Assembly (NCBI GenBank): GCA_964016885.1
Contig: OZ024750.1
Location: 25,544,001-25,608,000 of the forward strand
Direction: 5' to 3'
Length of the DNA: 64,000 nt
Origin: Eledone cirrhosa
Taxonomy: Eukaryota
Positions 11,260 through 25,021 of the stretch are shown piece by piece. The notes beneath the pieces are model-generated. The model worked only from the letters and a program-made list of their open reading frames with translations. It was not told the DNA's origin and made no database searches. A program made the position numbers and the translations under genes. Within the stretch, counting starts at the first letter, position 1. Every line of letters begins with the position of its first letter.

Positions 11260-13450
11260 CATAGTATATGTGTTGTAAGAATATGCACCCTACAGTCATA
11301 GTATATGTGTTGTAAGAATATGCACTTTACAGTCATTGTATGTGTGTTGTAAGAATATGCACTTTACAGTCATAGTATGTGTTGTAAGAATATGCACTTT
11401 ACAGTCATAGTATGTGTTGTAAGAATATGCACTTTACAGTCATAGTATGTGTTGTAAGAATATGCACTTTACAGTCATGTATATGTGTTGTAAGAATATG
11501 CACTTTACAGTCATAGTATATGTGTTGTAAGAATATGCACTTTACAGTCATAGTATATGTGTTGTAAGAATATGCACTTTACAGTCTTAGTATTTGTGTT
11601 GTAAGAATATGCACTTTACAGTCATTGTATTTGTGTTGTAAGAATATGCACCTTACAGTCATTGTATTTGTGTTGTAAGAATATGCACTTTACAGTCATT
11701 GTATATGTGTTGTAAGAATATGCACTTTACAGTCATAGTATGTGTGTTGTAAGAATATGCACTTTACAGTCATTGTATATGTGTTGTAAGAATATGCACT
11801 TTACAGTCATAGTATGTGTGTTGTAAGAATATGCACTTTACAGTCATTGTATATGTGTTGTAAGAATATGCACCTTACAGTCATAGTATGTTGTAAGAAT
11901 ATGCACCCTACAGTCATAGTATATGTGTTGTAAGAATATGCACCTTACAGTCATTGTATGTTGTAAGAATATGCACTTTACAGTCATAGTATATGTGTTG
12001 TAAGAATATGCACTTTACAGTCATTGTATGTTGTAAGAATATGCACTTTACAGTCATAGTATATGTGTTGTAAGAATATGCACTTTACAGTCATAGTATG
12101 TTGTAAGAATATGCACCCTACAGTCATAGTATATGTGTTGTAAGAATATGCACTTTACAGTCATTGTATGTTGTAAGAATATGCACCCTACAGTCATAGT
12201 ATGTGTGTTGTAAGAATATGCACTTTACAGTCATAGTATGTGTGTTGTAAGAATATGCACTTTACAGTCATAGTATATGTGTTGTAAGAATATGCACTTT
12301 AGTCATTGTATGTGTTGTAAGAATATGCACTTTACAGTCATTGTATATGTGTTGTAAGAATATGCACCTTACAGTCATTGTATATGTTGTAAGAATATGC
12401 ACCTTAATCATTGTATGTGTTGTAAGTATATGCACCTTACAGTCATAGTATATGTGTTGTAAGAATATGCACTTTACAGTCATTGTATGTGTGTTGTAAG
12501 AATATGCACTTTACAGTCATTGTATGTGTTGTAAGAATATGCACTTTACAGTCATTGTATATGTGTTGTAAGAATATGCACTTTACAGTCATTGTATATG
12601 TGTTGTAAGAATATGCACTTTACAGTCATAGTATATGTGTTGTAAGAATATGCACCCTACAGTCATTATATGTGTTGTAAGAATATGCACTTTACAGTCA
12701 TAGTATATGTGTTGTAAGAATATGCACTTTACAGTCATAGTATATGTGTTGTAAGAATATGCACTTTACAGTCATAGTATATGTGTTGTAAGAATATGCA
12801 CTTTACAGTCATAGTATGTGTTGTAAGAATATGCACTTTACAGTCATAGTATATGTGTTGTAAGAATATGCACTTTACAGTCATAGTATGTGTGTTGTAA
12901 GAATATGCACTTTACAGTCATTGTATGTGTTGTAAGAATATGCACTTTACAGTCATTGTATATGTGTTGTAAGAATATGCACTTTACAGTCATTGTATGT
13001 GTTGTAAGAATATGCACTTTACAGTCATTGTATGTGTTGTAAGAATATGCACTTTACAGTCATAGTATATGTGTTGTAAGAATATGCACTTTACAGTCAT
13101 AGTATGTGTTGTAAGAATATGCACTTTACAGTCATAGTATGTGTTGTAAGAATATGCACTTTACAGTCATAGTATGTGTTGTAAGAATATGCACTTTACA
13201 GTCATGTATATGTGTTGTAAGAATATGCACTTTACAGTCATAGTATATGTGTTGTAAGAATATGCACTTTACAGTCATAGTATATGTGTTGTAAGAATAT
13301 GCACTTTACAGTCATAGTATATGTGTTGTAAGAATATGCACCTTACAGTCATTGTATGTGTTGTAAGTATATGCACCCTAAGTCATAGTTTATATGTTGT
13401 AAGTATATGCACCCTACAGTCATAGTATGTGTTGTAAGAATATGCACTCT
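11260..13450. repeat. 35-37-bp minisatellite, about 60 copies
   Basis: tgtgttgtaagaatatgcactttacagtcatagtata. Confidence 0.97.
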
Positions 13451-13909
13451 AGAAACTTGCTGTTTTTAAAACAATGTTTGTAATTACCCATTTCATAGCA
13501 CACTTGACTGTTTGAAAATAGTATTTTAGGGGAAAACTGTTTTTATAATTTTGTTTTTGCAACACAGAATACATTATTTTACACAATTCTTCATTTACAA
13601 CATAGATTTTTAATCTGTTTTTCCACATCTATAATACTAATCATCACCATTTTGTCTGTTTTTCCTTGTTCACAAGGGTTGGACAAGTCCTTTCTAGAAC
13701 AGCATCTCTCTACTCCTCGTGTTGTAAGAATCATCATCCATATGCATCACATGTCTAAACCAGAACAATCTTCTCTCCTGCTGCACACTATATCTAATTC
13801 CTCTTATATCTAGCCTCTCTCTCTCTCATAAAGATGCAGGTTTGGCAGTGTGGTTAAGAAAGACGTAAAATGATGATGATGATGATATATATATATATAT
13901 ATATATATA

Positions 13910-14122
13910 CAGCCCACATTGTAAAGTGGACGTGTAAAAGACACGGCAAAAAGCACACACTGTAAATGTAGTTGGCATTAGGAAGGGCATCCAGCCATAG
14001 GAAACTAGCCAGAAACTCTGCTATATGAGCGAGGCACAGTCACCCGACCCAACTAGCCTCTAAATGGGACAAACCCGTCTAACCCATGCTAGCGTGGAAG
14101 ATAGATGTTAATCAATGATGAT
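13910..14122 (+). mobile_element. RTE-LINE 3'UTR-type fragment
   Basis: ggaagggcatccagcc...ccgtctaacccatgctagcgtggaag...(gat)n. Confidence 0.7.
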
Positions 14123-15370
14123 GTATGTATCTATGTTTACATCTACACTGTTATCAGTTCAACAAATAGAGATTGATAAGATATCTACTTGACTTAAAAA
14201 TAAGTACTATGGTCGATTTTATTGACTAAACTCTTCAAGGAAGTGCTCCAGGATGGCCACAATCCATTGACTGAAACCAGTGAAAGTAAAAGAAGGCATG
14301 GGTTAGTCATTTCACTAACATAACAAGGTTTCATACTTGTGTTAGGTCTATAGTTTTGATCCTCACTTGGAACAAGATGTATTTTCCTTTAGAAAGTTTG
14401 ACTACTCAACTGTATTCCCTGCCACATCGGCCCCCAACGTTTTTAACCTGTTATTCAGGAAGAAGGGCAGTGCTGCTGACCCATTACAGGGTTTCCGAGA
14501 TTGGTGGGAGGGAGAAAGGAAGCCATCCTCAAACCATAGAACCTAACACAAATGCTTGTAAATGAATGGACTCTGTTAAAATCCCTCTTCTTTAAAGGCT
14601 AGCTGGTAGTGTTAAACATGTAAACAGATTGTCTGCCATTCAAGTAATCACCCCTCCCTCCAAAAAAAAAACCAATTACTGTAAAGGAATGCTGCCCAAT
14701 GTTCTAACAATTCCACCAGTCTAGTACCCTAGACTGATACTTTATTTATCAACCCTTGAAGGGTAAAAGGTAAAATTGAATTCAGAATGGGAGGAGCAAG
14801 ATTAAATACCAGAAGGAATTACATCCGACATGAATGCTTCTTATATTGGAAACAGTATTTCCTTTAAACCTCTCATTACTGTATTTCTAATGAAATACAT
14901 TGCTTTCTTCTTTGCCCATTTATTCCTTGGGGGGTCGTGGAAGCAGAGTCCTCAAGCATGCCTTCCAGTGGGTCCTGTCAGAAGCAATGAATCCAGCTGG
15001 ATCCCCAAGTGAGGTCTAGCCAAGTTCATGGATGTTATTCAACCATCTTGATCAGGGTCTACCTCCAGATCTCCTGCCTGCTGGTTTTACCCGTAAAATA
15101 TACATTGCCTATTATTTTCCAAATTATTTTTTGAAAAAAAAAACAAATTTTGAGGAATTTAATAATATAACTAACATTCTTTTCATTATTAAGCTTGTGT
15201 TTGGAACATAACTTAAAGCTTCTTATATAAAATTAAGTTTTTTAGATAAATGTATAGCCTTTAAAACAAACAATTTTGTACTGTAACATCAGGAGCAGGT
15301 TGTTTTCAAAGGGGGAAACATTTAAATGAGAAAAGAAATTAAGTATTTAGCTAAATATAAGTGACTTTGA

Positions 15371-15554
15371 CCCTTTAGCATTTATATTATTCTATATATA
15401 CTATTATATTTTCACGGTAAAGACTTTATCTCACATAATATCAAATCTATGAGATTTTGATATTATTTATTTTGAGAATACCTTAAGAGGCTGGTTTGAA
15501 CAGAAAGAGGTGAGAGAATTCTGGCTGGATACAGCCGGTTTAAATGCTGAAGGG
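15371..15554 (+). mobile_element. TTAA-type (piggyBac-like) MITE family 1
   Basis: ccctttagcattta...taaatgctgaaggg|ttaa terminal inverted repeats. Confidence 0.75.
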
Positions 15555-15824
15555 TTAAATGAATGCAGATTTAGATAATATTTTTTTACTTGACACAAGA
15601 CTAATTTTTGTAGAGGAAACTTATACATGTATGGCCTTATATTATCCATACACTCTTTCCAGGAATGATAAAGGTAAGGTCTATCATTTAAAGTTTTTCC
15701 ACAGGTATAAAGAGTAAACATTGCGTTGTTTACCATTCCTGCATATTTCTTATGAAACCAATTTCATTATTAGAGATCATATCATGTCCTGTTGGATAGT
15801 TGGCTTCTTTATTATATTGATATA

Positions 15825-16048
15825 GGGTGGGGGATTGGCAGTATCGGTAGAGGGTTGGACGCCATGCTTTGCAGCATAGAGTTACGGCTCTTTATGATCT
15901 GAGTTCAAATCCCGCCGGGGTTAACTTTGCCTTTCATCCTTATGGGGTCGATAAAATAAAGTACCAGTCACGCACTGGGGTCAATTTAATCGACTTTCCC
16001 CCTCCCCCCAAATTACTGGCCTTGTGCCTATATAAGAAACTATTATTA
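15825..16048 (+). mobile_element. SINE family A (tRNA-like head, (ATT)n tail)
   Basis: ttggcagtatcggtagag A-box-like; gagttcaaatcc B-box; conserved gcctttcatcctt..ggggtcgataaaataaagtaccag core. Confidence 0.85.
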
Positions 16049-16217
16049 GAGATTATAGGTTCAAACTTTGTTACAAAAACAATATTATGACCTTTACACT
16101 TTACACAGCTGAAAAATAGGTGTGACCATCACATTGTAATTGAAAGGGTTAATATTAAGAACAATTGATTTAGTGATTCATAGAAATGTTTGAATTTGCA
16201 GAACTTGCTAACTCCTA

Positions 16218-16372
16218 TAGCTAGTGACCAACAGCTGAGCTCACACCGTCAAAATGGCATGAGCTCAGTCGTTGGGCACTAACTATTTACAATAAATACA
16301 TTCAACTTCCCCAAGTATCGAGTACTTAGCTGAACATGGTCTTACTAGTCTAAACTAGTAACTCCCAATCTC
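16218..16372. mobile_element. One-sided hairpin element, sister of 4963-5120
   Basis: tagctagtgaccaacagctgagctca...tgagctcagtcgttgggcactaacta plus the same tail. Confidence 0.6.
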
Positions 16373-18049
16373 TCTCTGTCTCTACATGCAGATATATATA
16401 TATATATAATTCGATTTAAAAGATATGTATATATATATATAGAGAGAGAGAAACAGTATTTTGTACACATATATAAAACATAATTTGAATTTTCTACTGA
16501 GAAACATAAGCATCATATATATTATATATATTGTGATACCTTAAATTAGTATATATATATATATATATATAGTTGTTTACGTACAGAAAGCTTGATGGTT
16601 CATGTATGTAGGACTTGAATCCTGCCATTCCTTCCTTGCTTTCCAAATGTATTGGCAAGTGATGCCAATTAAGAATCAAAACTGTTTAAGACTTTGTTCA
16701 AATATTTTCTCTGTTTTATATTCACTTTTTGATTTGTTTTGTTTTGTGCTACTATAGGTAGGAAGGCTTATTGTGTGAGTGTCTATAAATTGCATACCTT
16801 TCCATTTACTATTTGGTAGTTGGCAAGAGAGAAACTTGCTGACTTGCTGTTGACCAGATAGACTGAGTCAAACAGTAATGATTATAGCAATCTATTCTAG
16901 CATCTTACTCATGGAATTATTATGTGGTAATTATTTGAAGCTTGGGATTAAAACCATAAAAAGTATAGCGAGTTTTGACATTCATGCTTTCTTCAGAAAT
17001 GAAATGATCCAGTGAAGAATTGAAATGAAGGTGTGAGATCTCCATTCACCAAAAACTTTGCTATTCTTACAAAATAGTATCAAAGAAAAATGGAATTTAG
17101 CCAACTTTATAGGTTGGATCAATGTTAACAGTAGTCACTCTTTTGCTGAAACTGTCAGTTGGTTGTAACAAAAGAAAAGAGTTTATCAACAGATCAGATC
17201 AAGGATGCAATGTGTCCAGTGGTCATTCCATTGCTGATACTGTCTGTCTGTCTGTCACAACACCTGACAGAAATATCTCTGCTTTTCTTATAACAAGAGG
17301 ATTTGAACTCCGAACCCAAAGAACTAGAATAGATACTATAAAACATCTTGTCCAATGCTATAGCCTTAGTTACCAGTTACACATATTATAGCCTTAGTTA
17401 CCAGTTACACATATTATAGCCTTAGTTACCAGTTACATACATATTATAGCCTTAGTAACCAGTTACATATATATTAAAGCTGTATATGTATATATATACA
17501 TGTGTGTGTGTGTCAGTTGTGACATGCATCTTTATACTGACACAGTTTACAAAGCAAGTGCTGATGTCAATGTCCTGTAGTACATATCATCATCATCAGT
17601 TATGAGCCATTTTGTTTGGATAACCTCACCCCCCCCAGAAAACATGGGTTGACATCAGGAAAGGCAGGCAGGTGGAGCAGGGGACTGTCTCAAAAAGTCT
17701 TGGCCAACCCATACAAGCAGGGGAATTGCAGCAAGGGATGAGAGGAGAGGGGCAATGATGATGATGATCTCTCCAGACTGGTTGATAAGATTGTCTCCTG
17801 GCTTGACTAACAACTATATAAAAAGGGGGTCAGTAAGTAGATAAACATTAAAGGAACCTAAATAACTTCAACTGATAAGGCAGCTCAATTGTTCTTTGTC
17901 AAATGGATACTGGAATAACACTACAACATTTAGGGAGTTATTTATGTTAGAGATTTCCCCATGTTATACTGCTATATATTGCTAACTATTCATCCTATAT
18001 AGTAACACTCTGCCCCTCACACATGCTCATATACACACCTCCCTAATCC

Positions 18050-18530
18050 CCACACACCCTTCCTACCAAAACCTCCAGCCCCCAGTAAAGTGGTCATGTA
18101 GGTGTCATGACAAAAACCACCCAGTCCACACTGTAAATGTTGTTGTGTAGGAGTCACAACAAAAACACCCAGCATGCACTGTAAAGTGGTTGAGTAGGTG
18201 ACACTACAAAAAGCACCCTGCACACACTGTAAAGTGGTCTTGTTGGTGACACTACAAAAAGCACCCTGCACACACTGTAAAGTGGTCTTGTTGGTGACAC
18301 TACAAAAACCACCCAGCATGCACTGTAAAGTGGTCGTGTAGGTGACACTACAAAAAGCACCCTGCACACACTTTAAATGTGATTGGCATTAGGAAGGTCA
18401 TCCAGCCGTAGAAACCTAACCATAATCAGTTCTGTATGAGCAAGACATGGTCATCCGACCTCGGCTTGCCTCAAATAGGACAACCCGTCTTACTCATGCT
18501 AGCGTGGAAAATATACGTTAAATGATGATG
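18050..18530 (+). mobile_element. RTE-LINE 3'UTR-type element with several 48-bp internal repeats
   Basis: Repeated cactgtaaagtggtc..gtaggtgacactacaaaaagcacc followed by the family tail. Confidence 0.75.
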
Positions 18531-19004
18531 TTAAATATAATTATTTCAATACTTAACTGCTCTGCTGAAATATAAAGATACTTTATGCAGCTTTACCAAA
18601 CAGATTTTGTCATGAAAGAGTCATGAAAGTTGCTCCTGAATTTTTAGAAGTTTAACCCTATATATACTATTATATTTTCATGGTAAAGGCTTTACCTCAC
18701 ATAATATCGAATCTATGAGATTTTGAAAGTATTTATTTTGAGACCAATACCTTAACGTCAGTTTGAGTGACCAGTTACAGCCAGTTTCAACAACCAGGTA
18801 GAGAATTCTGGCCGGTTTTGGCCCGTTTGAACACAAGTGTTTTATGGCTATTTTCCTTGCTTAAATAAGGGTTAGCCATGCAGGCCCCATGACAGGCTTC
18901 ATATTAATCAGAGGTCCTTTTTTATTTTGAGATAATGTTTTACACCCTCCTGGTGTCAAGCTTCTTGGGCACCTCTTGTAATGTGCATGTGTTATAACTT
19001 GGAT

Positions 19005-19250
19005 ACATACAACAAGGGTACTGTGTAACTATTGTAACCCAGACACACACAAGAGTACTGTGTACCTATTGTAACCCATATACATACAATAGGGGTACAG
19101 TGAACCTATTGTAACCCAGACACACACAGCAAGAGTACATTATACCTATTGTAATCCATATACACACAACAGGGGTACAGTGTACCTATTGTAACCAGAA
19201 TACACACAACAGGGGTACAGTGTACCTATTGTAACCAGAATACACACAAT
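19005..19250. repeat. Approximately 40-bp minisatellite, about 6 copies
   Basis: tacacacaacaggggtacagtgtacctattgtaaccagaa. Confidence 0.85.
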
Positions 19251-20062
19251 TTAAATGAATTAACATGTCAATATAATTACTTTGGTCTTCATAATCTTTG
19301 CAGATAAAAAGGGATGATAAAAAAATACCAGTCATGTACTGAGATAGATTCTTTCTCTATATCTCTTTCTCTCATTCCCTATTCTTCTCTGGGTGAAATC
19401 TACTGTGTTCAGACCTGGTTTTAAAATATCTTAAGAAACACTGTATCTCACGATGGCACCCCTATGACTCCTTCAGGAGTTACGGCTCCATACCATATAT
19501 ATCTCTTTCTCTTTCCTTTCTTTCACTCCCTATCCTTCTCTGTGTTTTAGACCTGGAGAGGAGATGAGCTCCATCAGGTTTTTAAAATACCCTAAGCAGC
19601 ACTGAATCTCATTATGGCACTCCTACAACTCCATCAGGAGTTATGAGGCACAATTGTTTTTAAAATGCTGCAGTTAAGGATTTATTCAAGTTTGTGACCT
19701 ACAAATGTTGAAACTATATCCAAAATATTTGTGTTAGCTAATGCTGTTACCTCTTCAAACGTGGCATTAAATTAGGATGGAATAAATATTTAAGGTAGGA
19801 ACCTATGTTATATTAACTGTATAGCCATTTTTGTCTGTAACATGAATACCATGATCTGTCAAAAACGTTCTAAAATGTTTATTTAGAATGCATGGACACA
19901 AATGTAAGGATGGTAGGGCAATGTTCTAAAATGCTTTCATTCAGACCAGAATCAGTGTTCTGTCAATAGTTTTATCTCTCTATCTTTCTATCTGTCTGTC
20001 TCTCTATCCTATCCTATGTGTTTGTATGTATGTACATATCTCTCTCTCTCTCTTATATATAT

Positions 20063-20540
20063 CATCATCATCATCATCATCGTTTAACGTCCATGTTCCA
20101 CGCTTGCATGGGTTTGGACGGGAGTTTTCCACTTGAGGCAAGAGTGGTTGTCTTGCTCGCATAGGACTGTCTGGCGGGTTTTCTACAGCTGGATGCCCTT
20201 CCTAACACCAACCACATTTACAGTGTGGGACTGGGCGGTTTTTACCGTGTTGCCTACACGGCCACATTACAGCGTGGACTGTGTTTTTTTGTCGTGACAC
20301 CTACACGATCTCATTTGTTTCGGCCTGGATGTTGTGGCACCAACATAACTTTACATTGAAAGGGGCGGTGTGGATGGGGTGGGGGTGGTGGGACGGGGGT
20401 GTATTTTGTTAGAGGTGCCTACTGACTGTAGTAAGTTTTACTTTGTATTTAGGTAAGGCGGGTCTTCTCTATTACTGAGTACCGCCAAAGATCTCGGTCC
20501 AGTGACATTGTCTTGGAGAGGTGTAAGTGTGTGAGGTCGG
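20063..20540 (-). mobile_element. 5'-truncated RTE-type LINE: ORF C-terminus plus 3'UTR plus (GAT)n tail
   Basis: Minus translation SDLTHLHLSKTMSLDRDLWRYSVIEKTRLT* followed by the dispersed UTR sequence. Confidence 0.75.
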
Positions 20541-20583
20541 AATATATATATAAGTATTGGTGCTCTGAAATAACGATGTATAC

Positions 20584-20754
20584 ATGAATGTATGTATAGT
20601 ATATTTGGCAGTATACTATATGTTTAATTAAAAACATTTTGAAGGCCATTTGCTAGTGACATAGTCACTACTTGAAAATTCATAGCGAATGGTCTTCAAA
20701 ATGTTTTTAATTAAACATACAGTTTATTGTCAAATATACTATACATACATTCAT
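20584..20754. repeat. Foldback inverted repeat, 72-bp arms (MITE-like)
   Basis: 20584-20655 versus 20683-20754, 6 mismatches. Confidence 0.85.
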
Positions 20755-20779
20755 ATATATATATATATATTCTATTCTA

Positions 20780-21220
20780 GGGCGGATAAAATTCCCAAGA
20801 TCCATGGACAAGTTCTCTCCAGCGGTCTCTGTCCCTCATTATCGCTGCCATGTCCTGCGTCTCCAACAGACCAGTGTCTGTCCTTAGGGCATCATCATAC
20901 GTTAACCTTGGTCTTCTTCCAGTGTGTCAATGTAGGGGCTCCCACAAGAGCACTGAGTGCAATGTCAACTCTGGATGTCGGTGAGCATGTCCAGCTAATC
21001 TCAGTCTCCTCTGTGTAACTTTTGAGCTGACTTTTGGGAGGATCCCACACAGCTCTGAGTTTTTCATCCTCAGTGTATACTGATTAATGTTCAGAGCCAT
21101 CCTCAGCATTCTCGTGTAGCACCCATCCACCATCTGAGTGAGTTTCTTGGTCAGTGTCCAAGTCTTAGACCCGTACAACAGCACAGACTCCACTACAGCA
21201 ATGACGAGGCAGATTTTCAG
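20780..21220 (-). mobile_element. RTE/RTEX-type LINE reverse-transcriptase C-terminal fragment
   Basis: AVVESVLLYGSKTWTLTKKL...DGCYTRMLRMALNI...RRLRLAGHAHRH...LLWEP; contains an internal stop. Confidence 0.85.
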
Positions 21221-22527
21221 TAATATATATATATATATATTACTGGTTTTAGTCATTGGATTGAGATCATGCTGGGGCAACACTAGCAAGAGTTCTGTAG
21301 ATGATTTCAATCCCACTACTAATTTTATGAATTATATATATATTATTAGCACAGATGAAAAATTTAAGCAAACAATTTCTGCTTTCACCCTAAAGCAAGA
21401 TCTTTTGAAACTTTTAGTAATCTCCTATGGCATACAGTAATAATCATCATTTTACGTTTTCTTTTCCTTGTAGTGTCTCTTTTAATTCTTTTAAACAACA
21501 ATTTGTATGTTGTATTCAAATGTTTTAAAATGTACAACTATTGATTTATTGACATTTTATGAGAAAGCATTGATGTAGTTTCCGAGGTGAACTTTGCCTT
21601 TCATCCTTTTGGGGTTGATAAAGTACCAGTCCATTGCAGTGAATTGGATAGGTTAACCCACAGCATCTGTTCTGGTCCTTTGCAGTCTAAATTCAACTTC
21701 TGTTATCATATTTTAAATGAAATACACTGCCTTGCATTTTCAAATAATTTTTTAAATAATCAAAAACTTAGATAGATTTAGTAACTTAAATAACTTTCTA
21801 CTTATAAAGAATTATGTTGGAAGATAGATAAATGTAAGCAATTTCAAACACAGTATTTGTGTGATGGAACCAAGAGTGGTTTAGGTGGGTTGGTAACAAA
21901 ATTGGTAAAAGTCGCTAGCTATGAAGATGATGGGTTGATAATGAGAAAATCTGATTAATCAGCATAATTCTTGTAGCAAAGTAAACAGCTGGTGTATATA
22001 TATGAGTGTGTGTGTGTCTGTATGTATATATATATACATCAAGATTAAAACAGTTAGACTATTATGGAACTAGCTGTCAAAACAGCAAGAGCTCAGCCGT
22101 TGGACCCCCCCGATTCTTTCTAATATATATATTTATATATAAGAAGAAAATTGAAAAGACTTCTATACTGTATCTATATTTTCAATTTGCTAAGAACTGT
22201 GATAAAATCTATTATTTTCTTAAAGTTTTAGGGTTTTGGATGATTGAGACTGAATATAGGTAGATATTTGGTTATGTAAGTATTGTTACTCTATTTATAG
22301 TTTTAAGCTTTGCTTTTCTTGTTTGTTTTTTGTTCGTTTAATAAACACCAATTATCTAATATACACTAAATTTGAATTACTTAAAAATTTACTTTTTTTT
22401 TCAAATGATAGTGTTGGTTTAAATATTTTTATTTCATCATCTTCTGGATTTAGTTTCTGCTGAGCATTTTGCTATCTCCTTTCATTCCTTTAGGCTTAAT
22501 AAAATATATACTAGACAAACGGTATCT

Positions 22528-22920
22528 CATCATTGTTTAATGTCTATTTTCTACACGAGTTGTCCTGTGTCAGACAAGTCAGATCAGGTGACTGTGTCTT
22601 GATCATACAGAACTGTTTGTTTTTGTCTTGGTTTCTACAGCTAGATGTCGTTCCTAACGCTAACCTCATTTACAGTATGGACAGTGCTTTTTATCGCGGC
22701 ACCAAAACAACCAGCTGACAGGCTGGACTGGATACTTTTTCATCTTTTACAGGGTGGACTGGGTATTTTTTGTTGTGTCACCAACATGACCACTTTACAG
22801 GGTGGATTTGATATTCTTTGTCGTGTCACCAACACAATCACTTTACAGGGTGGATTGGGTGCTTTTTGTTGTAGCACCAGCACTACCACTTTACATGGTG
22901 GACTAGGTGCTTTTTGTTGC
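22528..22920 (-). mobile_element. Decayed RTE-LINE 3'UTR-type element with 48-bp repeats
   Basis: Repeated ccactttacagggtggactgggt and the family tail. Confidence 0.65.
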
Positions 22921-23522
22921 ATCTCTCTCCTACAAATCAGTGGCTCTGTATCTATATGATAAAATGATTATCAATTGTAAGTATTTTAAAGTAAAATTGT
23001 ATTTTTCATGGTTTAGTTAAAAGGTAGGTCTTCAAGGACTAGATGAGATTGATACAGTTAATGTTCAAGTTGAACATCAACTGTATCTTGACTTTTGTAG
23101 AGAAAATGTGGGCAGGAGTATTAGGGATTGTTGTTAGCATGTAAAGTGTTTGATGAGTATTACACTGTATAGGAGAAGAGAGTTTAACTAAAGTTTCATC
23201 CTTCCTAATTACAGATTTAATTTCCACAAGTTGCACCTTTTGTTTTCCTATGTTCAAGGTCATTAAAATAGTGCTAATAGTTTACCTGTGTCAACTATAT
23301 TGATTAGATACTTCACTCTTGAATGGTCTGTCTTATCAAAACAGATTATTTTATAATCATTCCTTTTAAATTACATTTGCCATTTCGAATATGTTGTTTT
23401 AGGAATGAATATTGTATTCTATCTTATGGAGAAAGTGTTGTGCTTGCTAATGTTATTTTAATGTCTCTAGTAAATGTGTGATTTTTTTTTTTCTGACTTA
23501 TTATTTATTTTATTGTGAGTGT

Positions 23523-23766
23523 GGTGGATTGGCAGTAATCAGTTCAATAGAGCGTTGGACAACATGCTTTGCAGCATGTAGTTACGGCCCTTTAAGTTCT
23601 GAATTCAAATCCTGCTGAGGTTAGCTTTGCTTTTCAGCCTTACAGAGTCTATAAAATAAAGTAGCAGTAATTCACTGGTACTTTATTTCACTGGTACGTG
23701 ATTTAATTGATTTCCCCCTTCCCTTCATATTGCTGGCCTTGTACTAAAAAATAGAAACATTTTATT
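23523..23766 (+). mobile_element. SINE family A, older copy
   Basis: Same head/core/tail, with CpG-to-TpG decay. Confidence 0.75.
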
Positions 23767-24262
23767 GTGGGATGATCTATATCTTAGTTTTCATCTCTTG
23801 TGTTCATTTTTAATAATTGACAATTCCTCATTATTATTCTGAGCAATATAGTGCTAAGAAGGGTTTGATATGATTTTTAATTAATCTTAATGATTTTTAA
23901 CTCTTTTGATACCAAACCACCTCAAGCTACCCCTGGTTCTATGGTACAAAACAGTCCATTTAAAATGTCCCTATTTATATATTAATGCCTCTAACATAAT
24001 TTTGTAAAGAACGTTTTATTAAGTAATGTTTCAAACACCAATAAAAGGAAAAAGTTATTTTACTGAATTTCTCCATTTTGTTTTTCAAAATTAAATGAAA
24101 CAGAAACACTTATCAGTTTATTGTTATTCATTACCAGTCGTCTTTTTCTCTTTACATGTTTATATATGACCCCCCCCCCCCCCTCTCTCTCTCCCTCTTT
24201 ATTGTTATCAAGGTTTTTGGTCCCTGTGGCCAATAAAGAAATTATCATTATTATTATTATTT

Positions 24263-24458
24263 GGTGGATTGGCAGTATCGGTAGAGAGTCGGACGCCATG
24301 CTTTCCAGCATAGTTACGTCCCTTTACGATCTGAGTTCAAATCCCGCCGAGGTTGACTTTGCCTTTCATCCTTACGGGGTCGATAAAATAAAGTACCAGT
24401 AATGCACTGGGTAATTGCTGGCCTTGTGCCTAAAGTAGAAACAATTATTATTATTATT
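24263..24458 (+). mobile_element. SINE family A, young copy in an (ATT)n tract
   Basis: Near-identical to the copies at 34901 and 36321. Confidence 0.88.
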
Positions 24459-24901
24459 AATTTAAAGTGGTTGAATGATAGAAGTGATAGTGTATGATTA
24501 ATACCTTGCAGTATTTAATTCATCTCTTTATATTCTGGTTTTATAACCTACTGAAATCATCCTCATATTTCATACTTCTAGGGCTGCTTTTCATTTAGGG
24601 CACACTCCCCTGTGCTCCAGGGTTGCAAGTTACTAACTGCAAGTATTATTGTGTCTGTTAGAAATAATTATAAGCATTCATTGGTTCTGAAGTTGGGGTA
24701 TTAAATCATATCTTTCAAATGTCTTCATAAAAAAATATTTTTAGGGATCTGAACTCTCAATACAGTTTAGAATCCAACTTAGCTAGCATATTAAATACCT
24801 TAATATTTAGTAAATAATTGTAATATTATTTAGGGATTATATAAAAAAGAATAATTGATCTACTTGTTAGTGGAACACTGCATTCCTGATTATCAGTTTA
24901 A

Positions 24902-25021
24902 CCCTTTAACATTTAAACCGGAAACCATTTGTAACTGGCCACTCACACTGATGTTAAGGTATTGTTCTCAAAATAAATAACATCAAAATCTCATAGATTT
25001 CATATTATATGAGGTAAAGGG
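24902..25021 (-). mobile_element. TTAA MITE family 1, internally deleted
   Basis: ttaa|ccctttaac...taaaggg|ttaa. Confidence 0.65.

Noticed and set aside
19400-19670. Hammerhead-like words in a duplicated approximately 70-bp segment
   Set aside because: The core reads CTGA(A/T)GGA rather than CTGANGA, and GAAAC is on the opposite strand.
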